From contig CM022677.1 in NCBI GenBank assembly GCA_012295275.1, positions 22,444,001 to 22,508,000 on the forward strand: DNA of 64,000 nt, read 5' to 3'. A program made the translations under genes and the position numbers. Source of the stretch: Chrysomallon squamiferum (lineage: Eukaryota > Animalia > Mollusca). Below are positions 42,751-64,000 of the stretch, piece after piece; positions within the stretch are counted from its first letter, which is position 1, and every line of letters starts with the position of its first letter. The notes beneath the pieces were generated by a model. That model did no database searches and was not told the origin of the DNA. It worked only from the letters and a program-made list of their open reading frames with translations.

Positions 42751-44385
42751 AAAAAGAAGCTCGGCGATGTTTGTTTCGAAGATGGCGATTGCGAAGACGT
42801 GATGGCAGTCTGTCACAATGGCGTGTGTTTTGTGAAGAAACGTCTGGGTGAATCTTGCGACGACAAATCGGACTGTGCTAACGTGTTCGCTGACTGCCTG
42901 GATAACAAATGCTTCATCAAAAAATCTGCTGGCCAGTTTTGTTCTTCCACAAATCAGTGCAGAGACAGAAACGCAGAGTGCGTTCGAAACAAATGTTTTG
43001 TTCTTCGAGAAATCGGAGAGTCGTGCAGAGCGAGCGCTGATTGCAAACATCCGTCAGCCAGCTGCAAGAAACACAGGTGCACGCTGGACAGGAAAGTCGG
43101 AGAATCTTGCTCGGAAAGCTTCGAGTGCGCAGACGACAGAGCAGAGTGCGTGGGCGGAGTGTGCAGGGTTCAGAGGAGGCTAGGAGAACACTGTCAGGAG
43201 ACCACTGAGTGTCAACAACACTTAGAATGTAAGGAAGGATTCTGTCTGCGTGTCGTCAAGGAAGGAGAGAAATGTCTGCACTCTATTCAGTGTTCCGGGT
43301 TACTGGAGTGTGTCAATCAAACGTGCACCTCTCTCGTCGAGGTGGGGGGAGACTGTGTGGGGACTGTTGCTTGTAGAGATCCTGATGCTGTGTGCAAGGG
43401 AGGTAAATGCAGCTGCCCTGACAATTATAAGCAGATCACTTTGGATGGAGGGAAAGAGAAGAAATGCGCCCCGGAAGGTCAGTCTTTGTGACGTCATTTT
43501 AGGTAACGTCTGCATTACGTCATACGATGTAGTATGTTAAAACATTGTTGGTTACGTATTTACTACAGTGATTATTACATCATCATTATGTTATATTTAT
43601 CACATTCGTAAATTTAACTAAATATATATTTAGTTATAAACATTTCGATTACTTCTTGTGAAAACTAGAACCTAAATTTTGTGTATATATAATTAATTTA
43701 TTTCTATATTATATTGCATTTCATTATATTATACTATATTAACTATATTATATTTATTATATTATACTACATTATATTATATTATATTATATTATATTAT
43801 ATTATATTATATTATATTATATCATATATTCAGATGGAACAGGAAATACTGGAACGCCACATTCTTTAATACCTGAAGGTAAGTAATGATGATGATAATG
43901 ACGTTGATGATTATGATGATAATAATAATAATAATAACAACAATAATAATAATAGCTTCTTCTAAGATCAATTATATATATATATAAAGGTTGTATATCT
44001 AAATATGTATATACGAACGTAATTCTGGTCATCCAGTGTTAATCGTTAAACTGAAGCTAAGTGGAATAAGAACTGTCAAGCCAAGACACGTGATCGTTTA
44101 TTAATTCGTTCACGAATCCATTTATCTGTTATTTCATTTGCTCCTTCATTAATCTGTTCGTTAATTCATTCGTCCGTTCGCTTGTTCGTTCATTTCTGTG
44201 TGACGTTTTGCAGGAGCTGTGATTGGCTCAGGAACTGTGGCTTCCATCATGTTTGTTGTCTTCATCGTCATCCTGGTGGTCGTAGTTGTACACCGCAGGC
44301 AAGTAGTCACCTGTCTTACTTTAATTACACAGCAGTTTCGTGTCAGTACGTCGTATATAACAATAATAATAATAATAATAATAAC

Positions 44386-44435
<50 letters not shown>

Positions 44436-44978
44436 CTATTTAACATGATTTCACCAATTTAATATAACCTGAAATCTGTACTATTAGTTGATAATGATGA
44501 CGATGATAATGAACAGAATTGTGTGACGATAATGATGAAACTGATGATGATTTATTAAAGTGATGATAACTATGAAAATGATCCTGATTATCGCATTATG
44601 ATGATGCTGATGATGATTACGATGATTACACTTTTCTAAAACATTTTTCTTCCTCTGTCTTATGAACAATGTCTGCTGATTTTGTTTTCTTGTTGACTTT
44701 TTTACTTCATCGTTTACGTCATGTCTTTCATAATATTACACAGATGCTGTTACACAACCCCGAGCAAACAACAGCACTCTACTTCAAGTAACATCTCGGA
44801 GAACGGAAGTGACGTAGGAACAGACATCTTGAAAATACCGCGACCTCTAGTGGCAAGCTGCCCCAGTTTGAGTCACGTGCAGACGTCTTGGGAAAATCCA
44901 TCTTACGAGAGCGTTCTACCCGCCAGTCGCTTCTCGCATCTCCAAGGTGATGACGTCATGAGTAAATTCACGTGGTAG
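38990..44978 (+). CDS. Cys-rich tandem-repeat type-I membrane protein, gene P (5' end missing at the gap); exons <38990-43477, 43834-43878, 44214-44298, 44744-44978
   Basis: Repeats of 28 aa with C-x5-C-x6-C-x4-C spacing end in an EB/EGF-like module. These are followed by a linker exon, a TM exon (AVIGSGTVASIMFVVFIVILVVVVVHRR) and a tail containing CC, KIPRP and ENPSY. Phases 1,1,2 are all compatible. The array has many frameshifts, mostly in homopolymers. Confidence 0.82.
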
Positions 44979-45431
44979 ACATATATATATATGTATGTAT
45001 GTATGAAGTTTCGCTTTATCACAGAAATGGTGGAAAGAACGCACAGGGCGGGGCCAGGTGTGTCGTGAGGGGGAGGGTCGCTATCAGTCTATAGGAAGCA
45101 GTTGCAGTGTAGTTAGAATATTTTTTGCTGTATAAATAATACACGGCGAGTTGCTTGATGAGTTTTCTCTTTCGATCCAGTCAGAAGTAAAGCTGAAATA
45201 TACTGACAGTGTGTACGATACTCATCTGTGTAGAACTGAACCAAGGTCATTAGGTTTGAGAGATCAAAACATCAGTGAATCTTCTAGAAAATTATATCAG
45301 TATGTTTCATATATAATCACATCATATACACACATACATATATACATGTTCGTACGTACACATAACATACATATATATGTACATCCATACACAGATACAT
45401 ACAAATACACATACAGACAGACAGATAAGTA

Positions 45432-45631
45432 GCAAAGGTTGTGTTGATGGCTGAACGGTATAACGTCGTCCGCCTTCGCAGTGCGGGCAAATGGGTGTCA
45501 CACGTTCGAGTCTCGTCAGCGGCATCTGACGAGGTTTGTGAGGTCGTGACTGGACTTTGTCCTCCTGCGCCAGTGCGTTCCCGAATATTGTCTGTGTGAA
45601 GAGTCTATTCAGACATATATAAGACAGAAAA
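45432..45631 (+). mobile_element. tRNA-derived SINE
   Basis: It has a Pol III A box TGGCTGAACGG (45448-45458) and B box GTTCGAGTC (45504-45512), a tRNA-like head with an imperfect acceptor stem and a non-tRNA body. A second diverged copy lies at 6061-6255 (-). Confidence 0.8.
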
Positions 45632-45819
45632 TATTCAAATCCTAAAACATACACATACATTTCCATTATTCGGGTCGTTCTTGATTCATGCTACTATTCA
45701 TTCTATAATATCACCCCCATCTACACAGGCGAACTTTGAAAAAGAATATGATTATTTATTGATATAGTTGTGTAGTGTATTCGTATTTTGTATTATCCAT
45801 CGTGAATATATAAATGTAC

Positions 45820-46210
45820 AGTATGATGAAAACAGAATATATGTTTTATGTATAATAATATAACATAAAAATGTTCAATCTGCTGAATACTGAATATATG
45901 TTTTATGTATTATAATATACTAAATACTGAATATATGTTTTATGTATTATAATATAACATAAACATGTTCAATCTGCTGAATACTGAATATATGTTTTAT
46001 GTATTATAATATAACATAAAAATGTTCAATCTGCTAAAACTGAATATATGTTTTATGTATTATAATATAACATAAAAATATACAGTGTGCTGAATACTGA
46101 ATATATGTTTTATGTATTATAATATAACATAAACATGTTCAATCTGCTGAATACTGAATATATGTTTTATGTATTATATTATAACATAAACATGTTCAAT
46201 CTGCTGAATT
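45820..46210. repeat. AT-rich minisatellite, ~57-bp unit, ~7 copies
   Basis: atgttcaatctgctgaatactgaatatatgttttatgtattataatataacataaa is repeated (45965, 46022, 46135, 46192). Confidence 0.9.
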
Positions 46211-46397
46211 CCTGTTTATTTTATATTCGTGCTGGTAACGATCTACATTTTATTGTAATTAAAAATATTTATTTAATAATGCTGTTGTTTTCTTGTTGTC
46301 TTTTTCTTTTGTATTTTTTATGTTTTATTACTATTATTATTTATTTGACTGGATTTTGTTGTGTTTTTTAATGGTGGTGATGATTTCCGGAATAAAA

Positions 46398-46803
<406 letters not shown>

Positions 46804-47029
46804 GATACCGCTTCGCGCAGTTGCCGCCATTGCGACCGAAATGATTGGCTACTTGATCAGCGATGCTGTCTGTGGAGTTTTCTGTCCCTGTTTCCCGACA
46901 GTCGCTGCGAAATAGTAATAAATACATATATAGTAAACGGAATAACAGTATTAACAAAAACAATACTCACAACAACAATAAGAATATAATGATGATGTCT
47001 ATAATAACAACAACAACAATTACAATAAC

Positions 47030-47097
<68 letters not shown>

Positions 47098-47711
47098 ATA
47101 TACTGATGATTATGATAATGATATGATTATAACCAGTGAAAGTAATATAAACAAATATCACTAAAACTATCTCTGTACCAATAACTTAACGTCAGTGAGA
47201 CAACAATGATGAAATAAAACCAGCATCAACTAAGTTTAAAAGTAAAAAAATAGATAAATAACACGTAATATATTTACACTCACAAATACAAATTATTAAT
47301 AATGTTAGTTCTTTATTGCGTCATAAACGAAATGACGTCATATCGTTTGTGACGTCACTATGACAACCAACCTCATTATTTTCGCCGCGTCTCTGTTCTC
47401 CTGGCTGCTCTGACAGCCAAACACGGCGTTGTAGTTGGAGATGCAGTGGAAATATTTGTCGCAGTTGGCGCATCTGACTTTCATCACTAAATTGTAAATT
47501 TCCGTGAAACGCTGTAGCGAGCAGTGTCTGTCTGACTGACTTTCAAACAACGCCGGCAGCATCTTCGTCGCAAGACACACCCACGAACCCAGCGTGGCGC
47601 TGTCGGACAGCTGGATACAAACCAGTGCAACTACCACAACGGCTACAAATGTCCCGTACTGCATTCTCAAAGACGTGACTTGTAGACGTATCCGCTGTAT
47701 CTAGCACCTAA

Positions 47712-47742
<31 letters not shown>

Positions 47743-47765
47743 AAAAAAAAAAAAAAAATTAAATA

Positions 47766-47803
<38 letters not shown>

Positions 47804-47947
47804 CACATTAAAAAACAGAGAAATAAACCAACAGCGAACAAGTAATAATTATATATGTGTGAATATAGAGACACACACACATATTGTCAGTAGTCGTGAA
47901 TATACAGCATTATCACAATAAATGAAAAGGAGTGAAAGATAACTCAC

Positions 47948-48045
47948 GTCAGCACTGTACAAAGACAGAAATGTGTTATCTGTTCAGAAACGCTGTAACA
48001 GCAAGAAAAACGTGACTGTTACTTAAACGTGTCCTATTTATCAGT
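47948..48045 (-). promoter_or_regulatory. Probable 5' non-coding exon and TATA-like element of the SAA-like gene
   Basis: On the minus strand there is a GTGAGT donor at 47947-47942, ATAAATAG at ~48041-48034, and an acceptor TTATTAG| near 47708 upstream of the ATG. Confidence 0.45.
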
Positions 48046-48382
48046 GTCGTGTATTTTTGTGACGTAGCGTGGTTTGTATAATTAATATCCTGAACAGTTA
48101 AGTAATAGTTTACTGTATGAATCAGTGACTGTTATTTAAATTGTTTGTGTCTCTTAACTGTTAGAGTTTTGTTAATTATTATATCATGTATTTTATATAA
48201 TTAATATACTGAGAAATTAAGTAATTTTATTTAAATGTAGTGTCTCCTAACTGTTTTGTTTCGAGTCTGATTTATTGTGAAAATAATGCGACTGTTGAGC
48301 ATTTTGTGTTTTACACTCACAAAGATATGTATAAAGATAGAGAAGAGTTAAAGCGGATATCAGAGAAAGCGGAGAGAGACAG

Positions 48383-48485
<103 letters not shown>

Positions 48486-49826
48486 TTGTGTTGAGACTAG
48501 ATGAGCTATTTGCTGATAGAAATACGGAATAATAATTATAATAACAACAACAACAACAAAAAGAAGAAGAAAATGAAGAAGAAAAAGAACAACAGACACA
48601 TTGATCTGAACACTAACACATGATAAAGGTTTACAGTGCAAGTTTTTTGTTTGTTTGTTTTTTTTTTTGTTTTTTTTTTGTTGTTGTTTTTTTTTTACTA
48701 GCCCACAATGAATATTATCTCTATCAGTAGTCCTGATTCAAATATGAAAATAGAATTTAGAGACTAATAACACATTTTAAGAAATTTCTAAAACAAATGT
48801 TATAGCACAAAACATACGTTACTTGTGTCGATGACCCTCACAATCTTATCTTGCTAAACTTAGATATCAGGAAAGGTTTTATTTTGTATTAGTATTTTAG
48901 TCCGTAATATACTAAATATTATAAGTAGTTCAGGGTGTGTGTGTGTGTGTGTGTGTGACGCAATATTTAATGAATACAAAACACATGAAATAATTTTTAT
49001 TTTAGTAATGATTATTTCATACTGATAAACTGTTCCAGTTAATTTGATAGAGATCTATGAAGTCATTCGTTAATTCTGTCTGTCATTCATTACTTCATAC
49101 ATTCATCGGAAAATCAGATTTTCTTGTTTTTTTATTTTCACCTGATTTAATCCTGAACGTAATTATTACGAAAACGATGATGATTTTTTTCTTATTGTTT
49201 TTTGTGTGTGTTTGGTTGGTTTGTTGTTATGGATTATTAATGTACATGTTCATTTATTATTGTCATCTTTTCTACAATTGACGAAAGAATGCTGTCTGCC
49301 CATGCTAGGCGTACTTGGTCACAGACTTCTCCGAATGAAAACAAAAACGAACGCACAGAAAAGTAACAGTTGATATATATGATAGGTATAGACATTTTTT
49401 ATAAATTACGTCATAATTATATGACGTAAAGAACAATAAAACAAATGATGCGAACTACTGAAGTTAGTTATAGATTTTATTGCATTCAAATATACAAAAT
49501 ATATAAGTACATTCTGTGTTCTAAATAATTGTATACAGAGAAACGTAGCAGTAGCAGTAGTGGCGATGGTAGACGCAGCGGTAGTGATACTGGTGGTGAA
49601 AGTAGTAGTAGTAGTAGTGGTGGTGGTGTGGTCGAGGTCGGAACATGCTGTCGAAACACATGTTCAGAGTCTAACTAAAAAGTGTTGACGTGTTTCTGCA
49701 CGAATTTGATTTTTGTTTCTGTAGATGTGTTTGTTTTATAGCTGTGTTTCAGTGCGCATTTTCAACAACTGAAACTGAAGATTTATCTCCCTTCACTGTT
49801 TTAACTGTGTCTCTTTGTTGAAAACC

Positions 49827-56994
<7,168 letters not shown>

Positions 56995-57974
56995 CTGTAA
57001 CAAGATTTATTGTGACATATATCTGAGACGGACAATTTTAAAAATACGCAAAAATATAAAAAAAATTTTAACATTACAAATGTTACAGAGGAATTCTATA
57101 GTCATTCAAACAACACTATACTGAATGAATGAATGAATGAATGAATGAACTTATAATAAATTACCATAAGCTTTGGTGGAAGATTGTAATGATACATTTT
57201 TTTTTTTTTTATTTACCTAATTAATTTTATTCTTTACCTAATTAATTTTATTCATTACCTAATTAAATATGTTTTGCAGGCAATAACACAATTAACAAAA
57301 CTAATAACTAAATCAGCTTACCTTTATACCTGATTTTTTATTATAGGCAATTTTCTTTTTTTTCTAATCTTCCTTGATGACAGAGAATCAAGGTATTCAT
57401 AGACAAGAGAAATAAAGTGTGAAATACACTAGATATATCATAGTATATATAACAGCTACGTCACGATGTCTCACTGTGTCACTCAACAGGTAAATTCTTA
57501 AGTACATTGTCAGAGACACACCTGTTTTGGGGCGTTTGCTTTTGAAGTGAACTGTTACGTGTGTGAATGTGCATCTTACTGCACGTGCGTATGTGTATGT
57601 GTGCCTGCGCGAGTGTTTTTGTTTACATTTATATTTGTATTTATGGGTACAGTTTATTTGTGTGTTTGTGAGGGGGGTGTACGTGTGACATATCGGTGCG
57701 TGAGTGCGTGATACCTCCAGCTTCTTGTGGTGACAAGTAACTAACGAAAAGATGGAAAGACAGAAAGAGATCGATATAATTATGTCTGCGTTTCTTTGTA
57801 TTTGTAAAAGCTTGTGAATGTATGCACAAGCATTTGCGTGAGAGAGTGTCTTGCGTGTGAGTGTGTGTGTGTGTGTGAATATTTATTTATTATTTATTCA
57901 GAGAGAGATAGAAAGATAGATAGAGAGAGAGAGAGCGAGATAGATAGAGATAGAGAGAGAGAGATTGATAGAGA

Positions 57975-58007
<33 letters not shown>

Positions 58008-58013
58008 CGAGAT

Positions 58014-58080
<67 letters not shown>

Positions 58081-58081
58081 T

Positions 58082-58246
<165 letters not shown>

Positions 58247-58289
58247 ACGTTCTGGTGTTAGTAAAAACGAGTTATAAAACCCTGTGTGT

Positions 58290-58515
58290 GCTACATCTCG
58301 GTATTTCACGCGCGTGTATTAATAAAACGGATTAGCACGTTTTGTCACAGACTGCTCTGGCGAGGTTTGTTCAGATTACCTTTCACTGACAGTCGTGAGA
58401 GTTTCTCGAGTTTGTGTCACACGGAACCAAGACCTCGCTGTGAAATATGTGATCACGTGACCGTTTCATCGCGTCTTTTCTCGTCTGCCTAGTTCCGCGT
58501 TCCACAACACCTGCG
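58290..58515 (-). promoter_or_regulatory. CpG-rich unique island, candidate promoter/5'UTR exon of gene M
   Basis: A locally CpG-dense non-repetitive stretch with TCACGTGA, lying upstream of the ATG exon, whose ATG directly follows an acceptor (TTACAG|ATG). A minus-strand AAG|GTAAT lies near 58380. Confidence 0.35.
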
Positions 58516-58825
58516 TTTTATTACTCATTAAAAACATTGATGATGACGATGATGATGATGATGATGATTATGGTGATTAAGTATTAAAGATTTTTATTAT
58601 AATTATAATAATAATTATTATATTATTAGCAGTAACAATAGTAGTAATAACAGTAACAAAAACAACAGTAATAATAATTATTAACTATGCCACTGCTGCA
58701 GCTTCTATATCTGCTGCTCCTCCTCCTCCTCCTACTACTACTACCACCACCACCACTACTACCACTACTTCCACTACTACTACTACTACTACTACTACTT
58801 CCACTACTACTACTACTACTACTAT

Positions 58826-58857
<32 letters not shown>

Positions 58858-59037
58858 ATAATAATAATAATCCAAATTTTCATATGATGATATGATTAAG
58901 AAAAGACTGTTACTACGAATTTAAAAATAAATAATGATAGTAGTAGTTGTTATGGTAGTAGTAATAATAGTAGTATTGATAGTAGCACTTATAGAACAGT
59001 AGTAATTGTAGTTGTAGTAGCAGTAGTAATAATAATT

Positions 59038-59069
<32 letters not shown>

Positions 59070-59113
59070 TATAATTATAATAATAATAGTAATAACAGTA
59101 GTAGTAGTAGTAC

Positions 59114-59157
<44 letters not shown>

Positions 59158-59395
59158 ATTCTAGATGGATTATAGGGGAAAATGTATTCATTAATATATA
59201 CATACAAACACACAGACACATATACAGTTGGTGAAACAAATGTTTAGTTATAAATAAATTCATTCATTACTCTGCAGATGAAGATTGGATTTCAAATAAT
59301 AATTGTGCATAATAAACTAAACTAAATACTGAAACATAATGAATATTTTTCAAAAAAATGTTTGTGTTTTTAATTGACTATTTTTTCTGCTGCTT

Positions 59396-59445
<50 letters not shown>

Positions 59446-59461
59446 AATAATAATAATAATA

Positions 59462-59492
<31 letters not shown>

Positions 59493-59508
59493 AAGAAGAA
59501 GAAGAAGA

Positions 59509-59539
<31 letters not shown>

Positions 59540-60147
59540 CAACAACAACGACCAACTACAAATAATTTGAAACATTTTGAAAAATCAACGAAAACAAAAT
59601 AAATAAAAATAATCATTAAAACGTGTCGTTTCGATTTGAATCTGACACAAAATCCTGAAAGGCTGAGTAATCAAGGCCGGCTATTTGAGAAAGCGTACCG
59701 ATTAAGAAAACCAGTGATGTTGTCATTACGACAGAAACTTTTTAATACACGAGCGAAAATAGGGACATGACAACAAACGGTGACAGAAGCGTGTGTAAAT
59801 GTGCTGAAAGTAAGTTTATTATTTTACTTGCGAGATATAAATAATATTTTCATTGACTGAAAAGACGTCAGAGAAAAGTTTTTTCACTTGTTTGTTATTT
59901 AAAAAAGTGGATGCCCTTTACCGTGTTACCGTATTTAATTAAATAATTAATTTGTCTTCCGATATTTATTTATTTAATTATTTATTTATTTATTTATTAT
60001 TTGTTTATTTGTTTATTACTGTTGTTCGATTGTTGTTATTTTTATTTTATAATATTAATTAATTTATTATTATTATTATTATTATTTTTTTTTTTTTTTA
60101 TTTAATATTTAATGTGGTAATAATTTTTTATTTATTATAATTTTATG

Positions 60148-60198
<51 letters not shown>

Positions 60199-61376
60199 TT
60201 TCATTTCACTGTCTAAAAATATGATTTCACTTTCTGATCTGTAAACCTTTTATGTAAAACTTACTTTAAAATCAGTTTATGAAAAATTTCAAGTGTAAGG
60301 TTATGTAAAGGTGTAAGTGTTAAATTTTATGTAACTTTAGGTGTCTGGTAGGTGTCAGTCAGATTTTAACTATCTGAGCTGTCGGTTATTGTAATATAAA
60401 CTTCACTAGTCTTAAAAAAAAAAAAAAAAAAATTCAATTAGAACAAAAATCATAACTCATTAAAAACAAATTGAAATAAATACTAAATAAAAAAATCCAT
60501 AATAATTTAATAGAAAAGAGGAATAATAACAATAATAAAATATTTAAACACCAGCAACAAAAAAAAAAATGGTAGCAGCAGCAGCAGTAGTAGTAGTAGT
60601 AGTAATAGTAATAATAATAATAACAACAATAATAATAATAATAATAATAAATAATAATAATAATAATAATAACAGTAATAATAATTATAACAATAACAAT
60701 AATAGTAAATAATAATAATAATAAAAACATTAATCAGTTATATTAATTTAATAACAAAAGTAATAAAAAAAAACCATTCTAAATAGAAAATAAAAAATGA
60801 GAAGGAAAATGAGAAAATGTGTGTTACAGCTGTTTTTCTGATTTTTCTGTGACTGTGAAATGTGTTTCTGATTGAGTGAGGCCAGATTTAGACCAGTGTG
60901 TTAGTTGTAGAGAAATGTGTAAACACTTTAAGTAAACAGTAAACACACCGCGTAAACTGTCACTATTAGCCACCCACCCTGTGTTATTTATGTAATGTAG
61001 TGTGTGTCAGTATTTGTGTGTTTTACATAAAATATAGTGTGTCTGTGTTTATATAATACAGTGTTTATGTGTATACCAGTGTCTGTCTGTCTGTGTGTGT
61101 GTCTGTGTGCATGTGTGAGACTTAAAAATAAGAATAAAGACAAGGTGTTTTAGTAACAGTGAGTTTGCTGTTTGTGAAGATGTTTTTTAATTGTGATGAT
61201 AACAAATAACTCAGGTTACAAACACTTGTTTCTCTGTCAGCTGGTAGGGTTACCTTTCATTAAAACATTGTTCACTTGAAATGATGTTAAACTAAGCTAT
61301 GATACTCTGTGGTGGGATATTTTTCAGGGGGGGTAAATTTGATTAAAGTATTTTTCATTGTAGATAATGTTTTTCC

Positions 61377-61449
<73 letters not shown>

Positions 61450-62213
61450 CTTTAGCTCTTTCTGTCTCTCTTTCTCACTGTCTCTTTGTCTCTCTGTCTT
61501 TATTTCTCTCTTTCTTTAGATCTTTCTCTCTTTCTCTCTCTCTCTCTGAATGTGTCATCCTTTCACTTTGTCTTTCTGTCTCTCTGTATATAAATATACC
61601 TGTGTCTGTGTTATTTTTAGACCATTTTCTTGAAACTGTCACATTAATAAAACTCATCTGAGTCAATGTTACTTGTATTCCTTGACTTCAACTTTGTTCT
61701 TGAACTCTGACCCGTAACCATGGAGATTACTACAAAAAAATCTTCTCTCTGCAAGACATCAGCTGCATCTGGCTGTCGTGAGTACTTCCTTCTTTCTTGG
61801 TACAATCAACCCCTCATCTGAAGAGCACTGCCTGATGTTGTACAGATGTGGGGGAGGACTCCCAAGGGAGGTAACTGTTCAGAAGGATTTCTTCTTTGTT
61901 CTGTGGGTTCAGACACAGAACCAGGAACACAGTTTGACTTGTGAGAGATTTGTGTGAGAAAATATTAAAATGAAGACAGACCTGTAGAATATTAAAACTT
62001 GTGCTATTTTTAATCATTTCTTTGATTTTATTTCTTTATTGATTTTGTTTATTTATTTATTTATTTATTTACTTATTTATTTATTTATTGATTTATTTAT
62101 TTACTTAATTATTTATTTAATTATGTATTTGGTTTGTTTGTTTATTTATTATATAAACACCCATGAAGAGAACGAAATAGAAACAACAAAAAAAAAACCT
62201 CATATATACATAC

Positions 62214-62317
<104 letters not shown>

Positions 62318-63629
62318 TAACAGAAAAAAAAAAGAAAGAAAGAGGAAAAAAGGCTTAACTGACAGGTAACATATAATTTCATATGCTGACAAATGTGTGT
62401 TACCCTATATTTTAATAAGAGGTTACAAATACCTTTAACAATGTCATCAAGTCTGTCACTCAGGTTAATTGCAGGTAAGAAATATGTTAAGTATGCCTAG
62501 CACAGTTTGAAAAGGTTTTTGTTAATGAAATAGATATCAGATATGTGTAATTGATTTTAAAATTTAGTGATGTGTTTGTGTTTGTCATGATTTTTGATTA
62601 TGTGTATGAGTGCACACAGAGACACTTACACACATACGCACATACACACATCTACTTTTTTAATAAAAGAGGAAAAAGATGTCAGAGATGAGTGAGTACT
62701 TACACATCAAACATGAACAGACAGACACACATAACAGACAGATTTATAACAGCCAGTTAGTGAGAGGTGAAAGAGTGCAGATGTTTTTCTTTATTAAAAA
62801 CACCTGAAACTACTAATACACATATGTACAAGTGTGTGTGTGTCTGTGTGTCTTATATGTGTATGTGTGTACATGTGTATGTATATGTATGTATATATGT
62901 ATGTATGTATATATGTATGTATGTATATCTGTATATATATATGTATATATGTATGTATGTCTGTCTGTCTGTATGTATGTGTGTGTGTATTTGTGTATTT
63001 TTTAATCTGTGATAGTGTGCATCTGTATGTTTATTTATCAAAAAAAAATGAAAATAAGAAAATAATTAAGTAAATAATGAAAATAAACATTAAAATTTAT
63101 GAAATAATATAAAGTTCATGATCTGCTGAACATGTGTGAGCAGTGATGTGTGACAATCAATGAAGCGTGAAATAATTTCCTGTCAGATGTCTCACTTGAG
63201 TGATTATTGATGTGTGTGGGATTTAAGCCACAGTCATTGCTTTAATCTTAGAGAAATATTTTGAGGTAATTGAGAAACAGAACAGATGTTTAAAATATGT
63301 AGTGTATTGGTAATTAGATGTTTGAAAACAGACAATACTCAACAATGGTGACCAGTTTCAATCAAAGGTACATTAAACTGCAGATTACCTAAGTGTAACC
63401 TCACACACCAAATCAAGCATCAAGCCAGATTGTTTTTTTTTCTTTCTTTTTAAATGTTAAGGTAAGCAGATATTTCTGATGTAAAAAGTTTCACTTTGAT
63501 GTTAGTGTCATAGTTTTTTTTTTGTAAAGATTTCTCAGGCTGCAGGTGGGTAACCATGGAAACTGTTTACTAATATTGATTAACCCTAAATGTCTCAAAG
63601 GTGTTCATAGAGGAAGGAGAAAAATAACT

Positions 63630-63723
<94 letters not shown>

Positions 63724-63745
63724 TTCTCTCTCTCTGTCTCTCTCA

Positions 63746-63781
<36 letters not shown>

Positions 63782-63898
63782 GTGTGTGTGTGTGTATATA
63801 TATATATACTCACACGCACACACACTCACCCACACACAACACATATACATACAGAGAGAGAATTAGAGAAAGAAAGAACGAAAAACAGTAAGGAGGGT

Positions 63899-63948
<50 letters not shown>

Positions 63949-64000
63949 ACAAGGAAAGACAACAAAACAAAACCAATTTTTTTTAAAAATTTAAAAAAAA

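Noticed and set aside
45441-45523. Functional tRNA gene
   Set aside because: The acceptor and anticodon stems pair poorly, no oligo-T terminator follows directly, and the downstream body is shared with a second dispersed copy, which fits a SINE.
45322-45666. 114-aa ORF with a CxxC motif
   Set aside because: It is the antisense reading of the SINE plus flanking simple repeats.
61660-62017. Possible coding exon or selenoprotein (several frames interrupted by TGA)
   Set aside because: No frame gives a recognisable protein and no SECIS was identified. It is kept only as part of the CpG-depletion finding.

Overview
This is AT-rich, microsatellite-laden eukaryotic DNA with spliceosomal introns. 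It is an invertebrate, and the gene content resembles a mollusc (inference). There is a 200-N assembly gap at 38790-38989. The window reads as a cluster of fast-evolving, immune-type genes, reconstructed by hand from splice sites and phases. (1) Two tandem perlucin-like EPN/WND C-type lectin genes, one partial and one complete with 4 exons, plus an orphan copy of their upstream region. (2) A birth-and-death array of B-box-less RING/coiled-coil/NHL (TRIM-like) genes: one pseudogene, one copy with a premature stop, one NHL-only derivative and two fragments, with six copies of a non-coding exon/promoter cassette. (3) Two convergent type-I membrane protein genes whose ectodomains share a near-identical 84-bp (28-aa, 4-Cys) coding tandem repeat in inverted orientation but have unrelated TM and cytoplasmic exons. 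(4) Between them, a secreted serum-amyloid-A-like protein with 12 Cys in the mature region. Also present are two copies of a tRNA-derived SINE, minisatellites, local segmental duplications and a CpG-depleted 3' end that may be an unidentified gene body. The best candidate for a novel system is the inverted receptor pair, where recombination could homogenise the repeats or swap tails. Assembly artefact cannot be excluded there. Most ORFs in the supplied track are microsatellite noise.
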